NCBI GenBank assembly: GCA_028534125.1
Contig: CM052817.1
Location: forward strand, 72,604,001 to 72,668,000
Direction: 5' to 3'
DNA length: 64,000 nt
Source of the DNA: Lama glama
Taxonomy: Eukaryota
The position numbers and the translations under genes were made by a program. Positions 13,888-27,694 of this stretch are shown in pieces (the first letter of the stretch is position 1; each line of letters starts with the position of its first letter). The notes beneath the pieces are model-generated. The model was given only the letters and a program-made list of their open reading frames with translations. It was not told the DNA's origin and did no database searches.

Positions 13888-14081
13888 TTACTATATATAA
13901 ATTAGATAAACAACAAGGACTACTGTATAGCACAAGGAACTATATTCAATTTCTTGTAATAATATATAATGGAAAAGAATCTGAAAAGAAAATACATATG
14001 TATGTATATGTATAACTGAATCACTTTGCTGTACCCCTGAAACTAACATTGCAAATCAACTACACATAAATTAAAAAAAAA
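13888..14081 (+). mobile_element. Very short L1 3' end insertion with poly(A)
   Basis: Terminal ~190 bp of the cetartiodactyl L1 3' UTR; TSD aaaactagttaggtca (13872-13887) / aaaactggttgggtca (14082-14097). Confidence 0.92.
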
Positions 14082-17000
14082 AAAACTGGTTGGGTCAGAA
14101 ACCATCAAGTGAGTGGCATGTGTGTGTTTACATGTGTACAAGTGCCCTCACACTTCACTGAACCATATCCTGGGTGTTTGCTTTGCATAATGAACCTTCC
14201 TCATCTGTCATCTTCTGCTATGTGGGAGGAAATAAGGGGGGAGGGGGCAAACCTTGTCTTTCTTGCTCTTAAAGAAAAGCCTGCAATTAAATGGAGGAAA
14301 AGTAAAGACCCTCATTAGAATCCCAGTGATTCCCACCACTTGTTTGCGGTAGAGGTCGGCTTCTCTCCCTGGGGACTGATCTAGTTGTCCCTTTTCCCTA
14401 TTAACCTGGATGCCTTATTTTCCTAATACGGAAAGAGCTGAGTCAAGTTTTGTTACATTTCTCAGAAGGCTAACTTAGTGGAACTGTTAAGTGTGCCTTG
14501 GAACGCCGTGTTCATGGAGGTTTTTTCCTGCTGTGGATTATTGATGCTGCAGGAGCAGATAGACTGATGTGCCTTGAATTCCAACAAGGAGAAAGTGGAG
14601 TGTTGTTACTCTTTTTGAATAAAAAGTGAGTATTTTTAAAAGGCTTTTTATTTCAATGTGCTCCATTCTTATTCCTGATCAATTTAATGTGAGTCATTTA
14701 AATGCCATGCAACATTAATTTATGTTTACTTATTTGAAAACTTTGTCTAGTTATTTGCTCATACTGGAATCATTTGAGACCAATCTGTAAACAATATTCA
14801 AATTCACTGTCATGCAACAAGAATTAACGTGTGTGCGTAGACATGCAATGGGGAGGTCGGGATAAACAGAAGGTAAATTATGGCAAGCACATTAGAAATT
14901 GGCAAAGTGTGAGTCTTTATAATAACCAAATGGTTGTGTTTCCTTCTTTTTGCCCCTAAATCAGTTTTGACCTCATTCTGACAATTAGGAAGTATTTACA
15001 AGGGATGAAGTGGCTCAGGGATGTGGTGTATGTATTTTTATAGACTGCTTAAGAAGATTGAGACCTTTCAGTGTATCTGATCCATCTGTTTCTTTAAGGC
15101 CCACTTTTTGGAGGAAACTGCCATGTGATTTTACATAGAGATGTTCATAACCTGAGTTCTTTAAGCTGTGTATGAAACAGATTTCGAGGGATCCAGGCCT
15201 GATTAAAACAGTTAGCCTGTTCACACCCCCCCATTTACTGTGGATTACAGGAAGGGAGGTTGGGGTTAAATCAGCAGGTCTTCCTGCTTCCCCAGAGGTT
15301 AACCTGGCAGTCGGTCTGGCACCCACAGGAGGGCTGACAGGTAGCAGGATTTGTCTAAGCAGGCTGCCTGAGAGCCAACAAGGAAAACTGAATGCTCTGG
15401 ATTAGTTCTGGATTATGTTGTCAGAGTGAAGGCTGATGGACAAACTGCAGAGAAATAAAATGCAATCTGTTTGGGGAGAGGCAGCGTGCATAGCTTTCAT
15501 TTTCAAGAAATGACAAGAAAAATCATTAATAATTTGTAAATCCATGTCCATTAACTTTTCTCTTTGTTGTCCCAAGACAGCCTTTTTAACATGAGTTTGC
15601 CACCATCCTATATCTCTTCTGTCTAGTGACAGATGACAAGATAGATATGAAATTGTACTCATAAAATAATACCCCCACCTCCAAGAAAGACAGAGCTTTA
15701 TTCTTCTAACACTGCTGTCTCCGCTCAGACCTCCCCCCTACCCTGCCCCCAGGATGAAAGGAAACTTTGACACTGGTGAGACAGCCAAATGACATGTGTT
15801 TGCTTTCTTCTCTCTGTAATACATTTCTAAGACAAAGGTATTACTTAATGAAATTTAAAGCCAAAAAATTAGTAAATAATCATGATAGTAATCATAACAG
15901 TATTAATTCTATTTATTATGATGATAAAATGTGCTGTGGGATGTCTTTTTTTTCCCTAAAGGACTTGAGCACCAGTTCCAAAACTACCTAACAGTTAATA
16001 GATGTGAATGCTCAAGCACTTAGCAAAAACAAATTTCAGTCTCTACAGGAGGAGTTTACATTTTTCTGACATAGGAGTTACTAAAATTATTAAAGAACAG
16101 TTGTGAAATAACTGTGGTGACATAATTTCCATTTACTAACAAACTAATGTTCCAAAATAATTTGGGTTTTGTTTTTCTTTCAAGTCTCATAATTTACTTC
16201 AGCATTTCTTAAAGTGAAAATTACCTTATTATCAGGAAAAAACTCTCTGCTTAGACTCAGTTGAAACTAAAAAATATATTTAAGTGTTTCTAAAATAGCA
16301 AAAATTAGGGTGTTCAGGTATTTTGGCTTATGGCTAAATTATCATTATTACTTACAATAATTTCAAAAATGAAGTTCTGTGGGCACAAGGAGCTAGTATC
16401 CATAGACTCTAACAGGAACATAGCAGGATTCTTGTGCTGTCCTCTATGATTTCAATGGCAAATTCTCTCTTTTTCTAAGTAGAAGAGCTTGCTTTCTTCT
16501 CCGTAAGAAACAATATAAATTAAGTCCCAATTCCTTAGGATAAACTCAGGCTGGGTACTTCGGTGAATGTCATTACAAAAAGAAGGAATCCACAATCCCA
16601 AATCAACATTTTGAGCTTCAGAAAAATTCCACCTTAAATTTCCATTGTTCTGACATCTCACTGTATCTGTCCCATAGTAGGCAGTCAAAATATAGTTAAT
16701 AAATAGATAAATAAGTCAATAAAAGCATATTTGATGCAAAAAATATTGAATTCACTTTGACCCACATGAAGCAAAGAAAAAGATGCCTGTTAGAAATTTT
16801 ATTTTGCATAATATTGTTGTATTAGGTAGTATTAATATATAAAGCATAAAAGAATAATAACGACTAAAAAACATAGACTCAAATGGTTATTTTTCAATAT
16901 GATAAATAAAAAGCACTCTGTGGACCTGGTTATGCGAGTTTTTTTTTTTAAATTAGAGTCAATTAAATCAGTCTATGTGTATAAACATACTTTCAAACCT

Positions 17001-18107
17001 GTGTTACTTAAGTTCAACCATAGACCATCATAAAACAATGTATTATTCAAGAAAAGGCAACTGTTGATATAATTATTCTCACTTTTAACAATGAACATTA
17101 AAAACTACTTGCCCATGTAAACATTTTTATTACCAGTTAGTAACCATTAAAACAACTTTGAAAGCTTGGTTTCAAAAAAAGTAATCTTTATTTCACTACT
17201 CTGTACAAACAGCTGCATAAAGAAATTTCAGGATTTTGTTTTTTCCCCACAAGCGTCCTCAAGATAAGTTCTGCTTTACCGTCTATCAAGTAGTACTTCT
17301 TGATTATTTTCATATTGTAGTACACAAAGAAAATGATCATATTTCTTTGAGCACAGGTTTAACAGAGAAAACTGCCATCAGCTGGGAGTCCACCCTGTTT
17401 CCCCAGAGCTGAAAATATCAATTTCTCTTCACCGCTTTAAACCAAAGGCAACAGGGCTCTGTGCCACAGCACCTTGTGTGGAAAGTTCCACAGCATTGGA
17501 TGTTTTTTTCTAATCTCAGGACAAGCGCGTCATGAATTTAGTTGTGAAAGCAGAGAGACTTTGGCTTTTTCTTGTTTCTGAAGAAATATAAGCAATAATA
17601 GAAGATAAAATACACTTCATTTTAAATAGTGAAGCAGTAATAAAAATAATTCTATGAATAATTTAACAACTTAGAAAATATTTTCAAATACAAAAGAATC
17701 TTACAAAAAATATCATCCACAAAATATGTTTATAGAATAAGAGAACTATTTAGCTGCCGCTCATATTATGTACATAGATGAGTCAGTATGAAAACAAACA
17801 ATTGGGCTATGGTTTAAAGTCATATAAAAATTCCAAATATTTACAATTTTAAATACGTTAAAAGACTAGCTGAGGAAGAAGAGTTTTTACAGAGATTATG
17901 TGGATGGCAATTAAGTTATTCCTATGGAGCCACCTATGGTGTAGAATTTTGCCCAGGTCTTCAGCTTTTCCCATTTTATCAAAGGTAAAAAGGGTACCAA
18001 ATATTTTAGATCAAGAATTGTCTTGTCCAAGACTATGGCAACCCATATATGATATAGGCTTGGATAAATTATAAGCATTAAATGAAAAAAGATAAAAGGG
18101 TGGGAAG

Positions 18108-18626
18108 TAATTATCAGAGAAATGCAAATCAAAACTACAATGAGGTATCACCTCACACCAGTCAGAATGGCCATAATTTAAAGTTCATAAACAATAAATG
18201 CTGGAAAGGGTGTGGAGAAAAGGGAACCCCCCTACACTGCTGGCAGGAATGTTTGATGCAGCCATTATGGAAAACAGTATGTAGATTCCTCAAAAAACTG
18301 AAAATAGATTTACCATATGATCCAGCAATCACACTCCTGGGCATATAGCCAGAGGGAACTCTAATTCAAAAAGATACATGCACCCCAATGTTCATAGCAG
18401 CACTGTTTATAATAGCCAAGACATGGAAACAACCTACATGCCACTGACAGATGACTGGATAAAGTAGTTGTGGTATATTTATACAATGGAATACGACTTA
18501 TCCATAAAAAAGAATAAAATAATGCCATTTGTAACAACATGGATGGACCTGGAGATTGTCATTCTAAGTGAAATAAGCCAGAAAGAGAAAGAAAAATACC
18601 ATATGATATCACTCATATGTGGAATC
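18108..18626 (+). pseudogene. Broken L1 ORF2p C-terminal (cysteine-rich) coding remnant
   Basis: Translated pieces [18 protein letters not shown]...[29 protein letters not shown] and MWYIYTMEY...TWMDLEIVILSEISQKEK, with stops and frameshifts. Confidence 0.9.
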
Positions 18627-18967
18627 TTAAAAAAAAAAAAAGAAAGAAAGAAAAAAGAAGACACTAATGAACTCCTCTACAAAACAGGAACAGACTTGCA
18701 GACATAGTAAACAATCTTACGGTTACCGGGAGAAAAGGGGTGGGAAGGGATAAATCTAGAAGTTTGAGATTTGCAAATGTTAACAACTATATATAAAAAT
18801 AGACAAAAAAATTTCTTCTGTATAGCACAGGGAACTATATTCAATACCTTGTAATAACCTTTAATGGAAAAGAATATGAAAATGAATATATGTATGTATA
18901 TGCATGACTGAGACATTATGCTGTACACCAGAGACTGACACATTATAACTGACTATACTTCAGTAAA
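18108..18967 (+). mobile_element. 5'-truncated L1, probably a younger camelid-type subfamily
   Basis: ORF2 C-terminal DNA followed by a 3' UTR shared with the copy at 51.9-52.8 kb; only a degenerate TSD (aaaagggtg / ataagggtt). Confidence 0.93.
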
Positions 18968-19379
18968 TAAGGGTTGCAAAGAGGGACCAAAATCATGATG
19001 CATTTAGAGTTTCTTAGCTCCTTAAACCAGATCACTATTGCCTAATGGATCAAAAGCATTACACTATTTGATTACTTTTCTTTTCAAAAATGACAATAGC
19101 TTCTCCTGAAATTCTATGGAGTCCACATTATGGTAGTTTTGCTGGACTGATTAGTTTTGTAGTTTTTGTTGTAGATGATCAATTGTTTTGTATCTTTACA
19201 AATTTTATTGTTTTGCATCTTTGCAAATCTAAATAAGCACATCAAATTGTAGAGATATTTAATATGTTGTGAATATTCTAGCACAAAATAAAATCCAACT
19301 AAAAGTCAAGGCAATTCAATAATTATATATATATTTTTTCATGTCCAGTGTCCACTCCAGTAATATAAGGATGAAAAAT

Positions 19380-20250
19380 GATTATTTGGTTTGGAAAACT
19401 GAAGTATGTAAGTGTTACCTTAGTAAAAAGAAGTTTCAATATGGTGGTTATGGGAAAAAGAATCACATTTCAGAGAACTGAAAAATTAAAATAAGAAAGT
19501 GAAGACTTCTCTTTTGTAAAGGTTAGATGAAAAAGGAGAAGAAAAAAAATAATAATAACTACAGGGGCCCCAGAGTTTAGGGAAATTTTACTAGACTGGA
19601 AGAGATTTCAGCATCCCTACAGAGGCTCATAAGAAGGTATCTTTACAAAGGGTGAGTTTGAAGTTTTCAGGGTTGGGGCCATGAAAAGTGGAGTAAGATC
19701 CAATGAAATGGGGAGATTATGGAATTAAAGGATGGGGTAATGGATACATCTCCTGGCATTAGGGGAAAATTTTTAAGATTGGTCTGGATGTAAACAGCTT
19801 CTATAGATAAAGAAGGACAATATAGTGAGAGTTTGCAGCACAGTTGTGATGGGCACAGTTTTCTCAATAAACCAACAGGTCATCAGCTGACAAGAAAAGG
19901 CTGAACAGATCACATGAGAAATGTGATAAACATTTAAATTTTCATTGAAAAGACTGAGAAAAGATATTAAAATGGGGAGAATGTTACAATGACTGGTCAA
20001 ATTGGGGGCCGTATTTTCGTGATTATCAATGTCCAAGTTTATGTGATTATTCTTAGGTAGGCTCATCTGCCTGGATATGGGAGCAGAGAAAGTGAATTGT
20101 GGCAACAATCTAGGATTGGGATTTTGTAGGAAGTTGATGAATAGGCATACACAAGAATTAAGGATGTTGGTAAGAGACTAATTTGGGACACCAGTCACAG
20201 AGTCCAGCCTGGGTGAAAGACAGACAGAAGAAGAGGAACCCATGGACTAA
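19380..20250 (-). mobile_element. Very degraded L2
   Basis: Purine-rich, with 'accttagtaaaaagaagtttcaatatggtggttatgggaaaaagaatcacatttcagagaactga' typical of antisense L2. Confidence 0.45.
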
Positions 20251-21498
20251 GCGGAGCCACATAAAACAAGAAAATGGGCACTATTCACACAAATAGTATA
20301 AAATTTTAAAAGTTGTGCAGCATGTGAGATGGCCCATGGAGAAGGAAGGCTAAGGGCAAAATACTGGGGAATGTTGGCATTCAAGGAATAGGAATTTTTT
20401 TTGTTCTAATTGGTGGTATTAGAAGAAAACATTTTGACTTTCAAAATAGTTATAAAATATGAAGTTTGATGAATGCATCCAGAAATACCTTCCAAATTTT
20501 TTGCCATAGAGATTTTGAAACAGTTACATGGAAAATATGAGTGATCTCAAAATATTTTCCTTTCCAATTCAATAAATAAAACTATTTAGTCCCTGAATAA
20601 ACTTTTAAGGGGACATAACTGAAGGAAGAAGTCACCATCAAAACATGTACTTGTGAAGTGATTTATTCTTTGACCAGAAGTGTTTTCAGAGCCTTCTTGG
20701 GAACGTCTTCTGAAATACAAAAATAAAAATGTGAGAATCTAACATCCAAATCCATCCCTGCACTCACCTTTGAAAAAGATTCATGATTTTACCAAGGCAG
20801 AATGAGATGAATCTGAAAAACTCCAGAGACTGGGCACCTCAGCAACTTGCAAGTTAGGGGCCAGCTCTGTTTGTTAATAATAACAAATGAGCAGGAAGTC
20901 AACAAGCTTTCCACAGGATGTATCTTTTAGCTTTTAAACCTCTGGAGGTGTTGCACGCTCCAAAAGTACTATCTTTTATAATGATAACAATTCCACAGGA
21001 AGAAAAATATTAAGATATCTTAACAATAAAAATTCAACCATGAAATTCCAACCTATCCCTAATATGCAAAACTAAGCTTTAAAATCATGGATTCAGTTCA
21101 ATCTGAGAAATATTCACTGAGAAAACACTGTATTTTAGATACAAAGAAAGTGTTGTGAGGTATACAGAGTTTTAAGAAAAGTAACATACTCTAACCACAA
21201 TAAATTCAATAAACACAGGCTCTAACATACAACAGAACACAATAGAAATAAATATCTCATAGAATAAATCATAAAAGAAGGAGACCTACTTAGGAAAACA
21301 TACACATACACTGTGAGGAAATATTCTTTTTCTTCTTGCCAATATTCCCCAAAATGACTTGGCAGAGCAACAACATAACAGATATAAGAAGCTGAAATAA
21401 TTCAATGCATATATACGAACTGATATATGAGTTTTAGCACTCTTGTAAAGGTACATAATCAAAGCCCTGTTCTCAAAGACCCAAGTAAAGAGAAAACC

Positions 21499-21554
21499 TG
21501 TGTGTGTATGTGTGTGTGTGTACATGTGCATGTGCATGTGTATGTGCATGTGTG
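21499..21554. repeat. Compound (TG)n/(TGCATG)n microsatellite
   Basis: Read directly from the sequence. Confidence 0.9.
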
Positions 21555-21713
21555 ATCCCCCTTAGTGTCGTCCTCACTGGATTTTAAGGTTGATCACCAT
21601 CATCATCAGAAACTACAGAAGCAGTATGTAGTACAGAGATTAAGTTACACAAACAATCATGATTCTTTTTTTCCACCTCTTTCTCTGTCACCATCCTATC
21701 TTAACAACACAAG

Positions 21714-21739
21714 CACACACACACACACACACACACACA
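21714..21739. repeat. (CA)n microsatellite
   Basis: Read directly from the sequence. Confidence 0.95.
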
Positions 21740-21759
21740 ATCACCATCTCCTGCTTTAT

Positions 21760-21890
21760 CGTCCCTCATAGCACTTACTAGTACCCGAAATGATCCATTA
21801 GGTTAGAGATCTAGTCTGCCTCATTTTCTGCTGGACCCTAGAACCTGAAACAGGATGGGCACACTAAACTAAGTGGATGAATGAATGAAA
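21760..21890 (+). mobile_element. L2 3' end
   Basis: 'catagcacttacta...ccctagaacctgaaacaggatgggcacac...gatgaatgaatgaa'. Confidence 0.55.
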
Positions 21891-22175
21891 ACACCTAGCC
21901 CGGTGTTCCACAGAGATGATAACACACACATTTTGAACTTCAATTACTGCACTGCCACCCTTGACTTTTTTAACCCATACTTCTATTTTCCTTTTGGTTC
22001 TACTTCTTCCTACAAGCAGGTTTTAAAACTTAGGATTTTCCAGAAGATAAAGAAAAAGGAATGATCAAATCATAATTCAGATATGGAGACATAATTTGAG
22101 AGTCATATGCAGATACTTGACAAGTAGCTGCTTATGTGATTTTTTTTCACTTTTAAAAATATTTTTTCCAGGGCA

Positions 22176-22712
22176 TTTTTTATTGTGGCAAAATATATAT
22201 TACATAAAATGTGCCACTTTAACCATTTTCAAATGTACATTCAGTGGTATTAAGTACATTCACACTGTCGTGCAATCTTTACCACTATATATCGCCAGTA
22301 CGTTTTTTATTATTACCAAACTGAAACTCTGTACCCATTAAATAATAACTCTCCATTTCTCCCCCTTGCCTTAGACCTTGGTAACCACTCTCTGCCTCTA
22401 CGAATTTGACTATTCTAGATATTTCATATAAATGGAATTGTATGATATTTGCCCGTTGCATCTGACTTATTTCACATAACAAAATGTTTTCAAGTTTGAT
22501 TCATTTTGTAACATATATCAGAAGTGTATTCCTTTCTAGGCTGAATGATATTCCATTGTATGTGCATGCTACATTTTGCTTATGGGCTGATAGTCATTTG
22601 GCTTGATTCTACCTTTTGACTATTGTGAATAATGCTGCTGTGAACATTGGTATACAAGTATCTATCTGAGCCCTGCTTTCAAGTCTTTTGGGAATACACC
22701 TAAAAGTAGATT
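22176..22712 (-). mobile_element. L1MB-type 3' fragment
   Basis: 'ttttattgtggcaaaatatat...ttaaccattttcaaatgtacattcagtggtattaagtacattcacact' is the antisense L1MB 3' end, continuing into ORF2 3' DNA. Confidence 0.9.
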
Positions 22713-25700
22713 AAAAATTGTATATGTGTCAGTGATCTTACTTTTTACTCAAGTGAACTAGCAAAATATTGAAGTTGTTTGAGAAAAGAGAAATAATTTA
22801 GCTTATGTTTTACCATTAGTATTCCCACTAGAGTTTGCAGACCTTAGAGAACTTACAAATCAAATTTCAAAAAATAAATAACAGTGAAATAACTTGTAAG
22901 TTAGTATAAGGTAATAAATCCCCAACTGAGACATTGGCAGCGGACTCTACAAATGCAGAAATGATGAAGAGAATGATGAGAACTTTGTAGTGATGGTAAA
23001 TTGATGGGAACACCCTGGACCCACTTTGAAGGCCCTAGAAGATGTGGTAATGAGCAGGTACCTTACACTACTCTTTTACTCAGAGGGAGGGAACAATAAA
23101 GAAGTGGAACTGCCAGCTTCTGCTGAAAAAGATCTAAGATCTCAGCTATTAGTTAAGTCATTCAAAGCTGACATACAAATGTTTTCATTACTTTTAATTT
23201 TTAATTTAAAAGTAATAAATACTATTTGCAAAAAATCAAATATTTTAGAGATTAGAAAGTTTTATAATCCCACTCCTCAGGAGTAACCAAGGTTAATTAT
23301 TGATTCTATTGGTTTAAATCTGATAGTTGAAGAAAGAGTTCACCAAAGAGAGATAAAAATGGACCTAAAACGGAGTAAGTAGGGAAATATTAAAAAAAAA
23401 AAAAAAAGGATCCAGGAAAGGAGAGAAAGTAGTCAGAGTCATCATATGAGAATTTGGATAATGACATACCAGGAGACTAAAGAAAATTAAAGAGATTTAA
23501 ATAGGTGATACACATCTCAAATTAATGAGGACAGAATAAGTCAATTTGCTTTTAGCACAGTTTTTGATCTTTTCTGTGTGAAACTAGTACAAATGTTATG
23601 GAACACTTATCTAACAAATTTTGCTAAGTTCTGCCAAATTGAATAATATTAATAGTATTTGGGAAACGGTTCCATTAGGGAAAAAACAGGTTTTTTACTC
23701 TTTTGTTTGGCACACATTAGTACTTTCGTGCTTTGTACAAAAGTGGAACTTTGTACAAGTACAAATTACAATTTTGTGCTTGGTTATTCTTTTTTTTATT
23801 TTTACTATAAGCACTAATCATTTTGTGGAGACAATTACATGCATTGACAGAAATATTACAATCCTTTTACCCTTTAATTTGTTTCTGACCTGCTGAAAGA
23901 CAAGAGTAGCTAAAAGTCTTTTCATCTACAAAAACATCTTAAGTATAAGGTGCTACATATGCCACAATCAATAGATTGGACTGATGGAATCTGAGAAAAC
24001 AACAATTTCTTCTGTTATTTTTTCTTTTTATTCTGAGTTTCTATATATGAAAAACAATGAAGACTGGTTCAATGTGCTAAATATTTGCAGAGATAAAATA
24101 GCAGAGCCATGTAGACTCCAAAAAGGTTTTGAGTTACTCACGAATGAAAACACCACTGAACAAGGAAAGGAAATGAGTAATGATGCAGAAAGAATAGCAG
24201 GCAAGAAGCTGCTGAAAGAGTGGTCTCTGCGGCCCTCCATCCATTACTGAATCAGAACCCATGGTAATACATATTTCTGAGGTATTTTCAGATACATATA
24301 CACACATCTATTAAACTACCAATATGGTCATTATATGTATATATATATAAAATGCATATGTATGCATAGCCTAATATACATAGGCTTAACTGATCATAGG
24401 GATTTTTTACTTTTTAGAAAAAGCAATAAAGAATGAGTCATGATTTGGCTTATGATTATTACTACCTTACCGTTTCTTTAATATTCAAAATTAACATACT
24501 GTTTTTCATAGAGAACTCATCAAATGCACTGGGATATTTATTTCTTTCTAAAATGTACTGCTTCTGAGAAATACTGTCAGTGGTTTTCTTAACTTGGTCA
24601 TAACATGAGACAAAATTCTCCTGTGGAAGTCATACCAGTAAGGAGGATCCACACTGTGTGATAGAACATGAGAAAAATCATACTGTATGTGTCCTCCACA
24701 TGAAGGGTTTTAATTGCTGAAATCCAGAAGGAAGCTCTAATGGTAGAAAGATTGGGAACTGGTTCACATTTGATATAATAAAGCCTTGCCCTATAACTCT
24801 TCAAGCCCCCTGTGAACATCATTATTATATGCTTTCATATAAGGCTGGCCCAGCCTGTCTTCTTTCACATACTCACACATACAGTTTAACTAATTTACAA
24901 GTGGACAGAATGAGGCTTTTCCAATCCCTCTTCCATGCAAATAGTTGGTGTACTTATACAAATAAGGAAAATCAGGATCCAGATAATCAGGAACCTGATT
25001 AAAAGAAGATATGACCAATCCAAAACTGTTAGGCTCATTAGCCAGTTTTTATTCTGTTCTACTTAATAATTAAAGGTTGCACTAATGCTGCTTTTCTTTC
25101 CCTCTCTTAATTGTTTTTATTTAAAAAAATCCATTTTCATCACCTATGTATTTTATTTGTTATGCAGCCTCATCCCTAATTGCCAAGGGCAACTGAAGGT
25201 TAAGTATAGATTGGAGTTTTACATATACACAGTTAGTCCAATGAGAAAAAGGAGCCAGACACCATTATCTCTATCCATACAACCCATCAGTAGGAATTCT
25301 TCATTAATTGTCAAAATTGAAAAAAGAGAAGTAACAGGGAAATTTTTTTTCTACCTTCAAGGCTTTACATTTAATGGCAAAATGTCTCACACTTGTAAGC
25401 AATTATACCACGTTTATAAATGTCATCTTTGTACTTGAAACAAAAATATTTTAAGTACTTCCAGACAACTTGTTTTGCTAGTAAATTAAAATATTTATTT
25501 GAAAACCAGAAGCTGGACATTTCTAGAATGTCTTTTCCCTTTGCACGACTCTGAACCACAGAGGCAGCTCAGCTGGCTGAGAAAACAGCATTACTGGGCC
25601 TTTTGTGCACCAATCATTGTAGGTCATCTAAACACTGCTCAAGTAGCAGCTCAGAAATGCCCCAATTGAAGAGGGCTTGGGAGGTTAATTCTGTCATTAC

Positions 25701-26443
25701 TGCGTTGACATGAGGCATGTTGCAGCCTTCAGCGCAAAATGTTACTCGTAATCTTTTAATCCCAAATTAGGTCAATATTTTATCAAGTTAATCTAGCATG
25801 AAGATTAATTGCATTAGTTACACACACATACACATATGCAGGTTATTTGTTTTAGAGATACTTTTAATCAAAGAGCAAACCCTTAGTTATAATAGGCGAT
25901 TTTTTAAAATCATCCTTCTCTAAAGTATTTATCTTTATAAAAGAGACATTTATTCTTTCCATTGATCTTTACATCAAGACTGACGTAAGAAAAAGAATAA
26001 TGGTCTTATAATTACTAAAACAATGGCCATTTAGAAAAGCTGTTTATAAGGAAATAATGACTTCTGATTGAAGTGTTTTTAATAAAGTATCTCATTCTTT
26101 AGCATTATTTCCATTTAATTGTACTTGTTTTCTTAAAATATATGATTAATTCTGCAAAGAAAGTCAGTGGTTTTCTGTGTGTTTGCATGTTTGTATCTCT
26201 TGGCATGTATAAAATTTTGTAACAAAGAATAGGAACTAGAGTGGTTTTCTATAAAATTTTTCAGTTATTTTCAGTTATGAAAATTGAGACCAGGCACATA
26301 TTCCTTTTTTTTTTTCCTTCTTCCTTTTTTTTTTTTAAATCTGAGAAGTAGAGTTTAGTGGGTAGAAAGGTGGAAATATATTGATCTAAGTGGCATAAAT
26401 CTGCTAACAAAAGTCATTAGAGTGGACAAATGCCTTTCTCACT

Positions 26444-26622
26444 GAGTTTCTCAGATAAGAACTATCTGGTAGTTTAAAATTCCCAGGCGTCATTCTGGGT
26501 AGTATTACAGGACCCCCTTGGTGGCAGGACAGAGTTCATGCCCTTTTTCATCAAATATCCAATGACATTCTCCAAGGGTCATGCTAATTACAGGGATTTC
26601 ACAGCCAATGTTTGAGAATATT
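26444..26622. mobile_element. MER5-like hAT-Charlie MITE remnant
   Basis: Termini 'gagtttctcag' and 'cagccaatgtttgagaatattg' resemble MER5 TIRs; ~180 bp. Confidence 0.4.
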
Positions 26623-27694
26623 GCATCTCAAAATTTTAGCTCTTGTCTTCAAATATTGGTTTTCTGGCATTCTTTTAGTGAAAAATGATAAGTAAAAGGA
26701 TCCAGAAATATTTTCATATGACTAGCCTTTTGTATTAATTAACAGATTAGTATCAAATATTTCATGTGATGAATAAATCAACAGCAGCCTCAGTATCCAA
26801 CACTTTTAAGAAGATATTTGACTGAATTTGGAAGTAAAGTTCAAAATAATGAATGTCAACCTTGTAGTTATTACGAAGTTCAGACAAGCTATGCTGAAGA
26901 AACATGCCAAAGAATTCTTTATTCTTCCACTTACCACAATATTCTTCTCATAATAAATATTAATAAAAATTCACATTCAACTTGCTAAAAAAATCAGTCA
27001 AGTGCATGATAAACACAAAATGAAAACTATTTTTTTCAGAAAAGATTACTAGTTAAAAAAACCCAAATGAAATCAAAACTAATTTACGAGCCATGTTTCA
27101 ATTTTTATTTTTTCTCTTCTCTTCTCAGATTCGAAAAATCTTACATGCCCCTCCCATCAATTCAAACAATAAGAGGTATAAAGAAAAGTTAACCTCTTCT
27201 TTCCATTCAATCTCACTCATCAGAAGCACACAATGTTAAAAATTTACTGTATAGCCTTCTCACTTCTTTCTGTATTAATTTAAATATAATTTGGTAAGTA
27301 TATACACATTCATTTATAGGCTTCTTTTAATTTCTAATTTAAAATGTACAAGTATAAAAACAGATTGTCTTCAAGTTTTAAAAATATATAAATATACAAT
27401 TGTTTTTATCACAATATTCCATATTTTTAAATTAACAACATTTATTATCAACCTTCCTCATCAAGACACAGATCTAACACGTTATTTTTAATAACCCAAT
27501 TAGAAACCGCCCAGCCCTGAAAAAAATGCTGCCTAAACTCTATTAAACTAATCACTTGTTTTCTTACTGAGAACTTATGTGTACCTGTCACATAGGTTTG
27601 AGTGGTACTTAACAAGTACAAGACAGGATTCCTTTCAATATACTTTAATATATTTTACAAGAATAAAAAAGACAAAACAGAAACAACATCATTA

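Noticed and set aside
19182..19228. SOX-OCT composite site in a 25-bp imperfect tandem duplication
   Set aside because: At least three mismatches to the composite motif; better explained as a slippage duplication.
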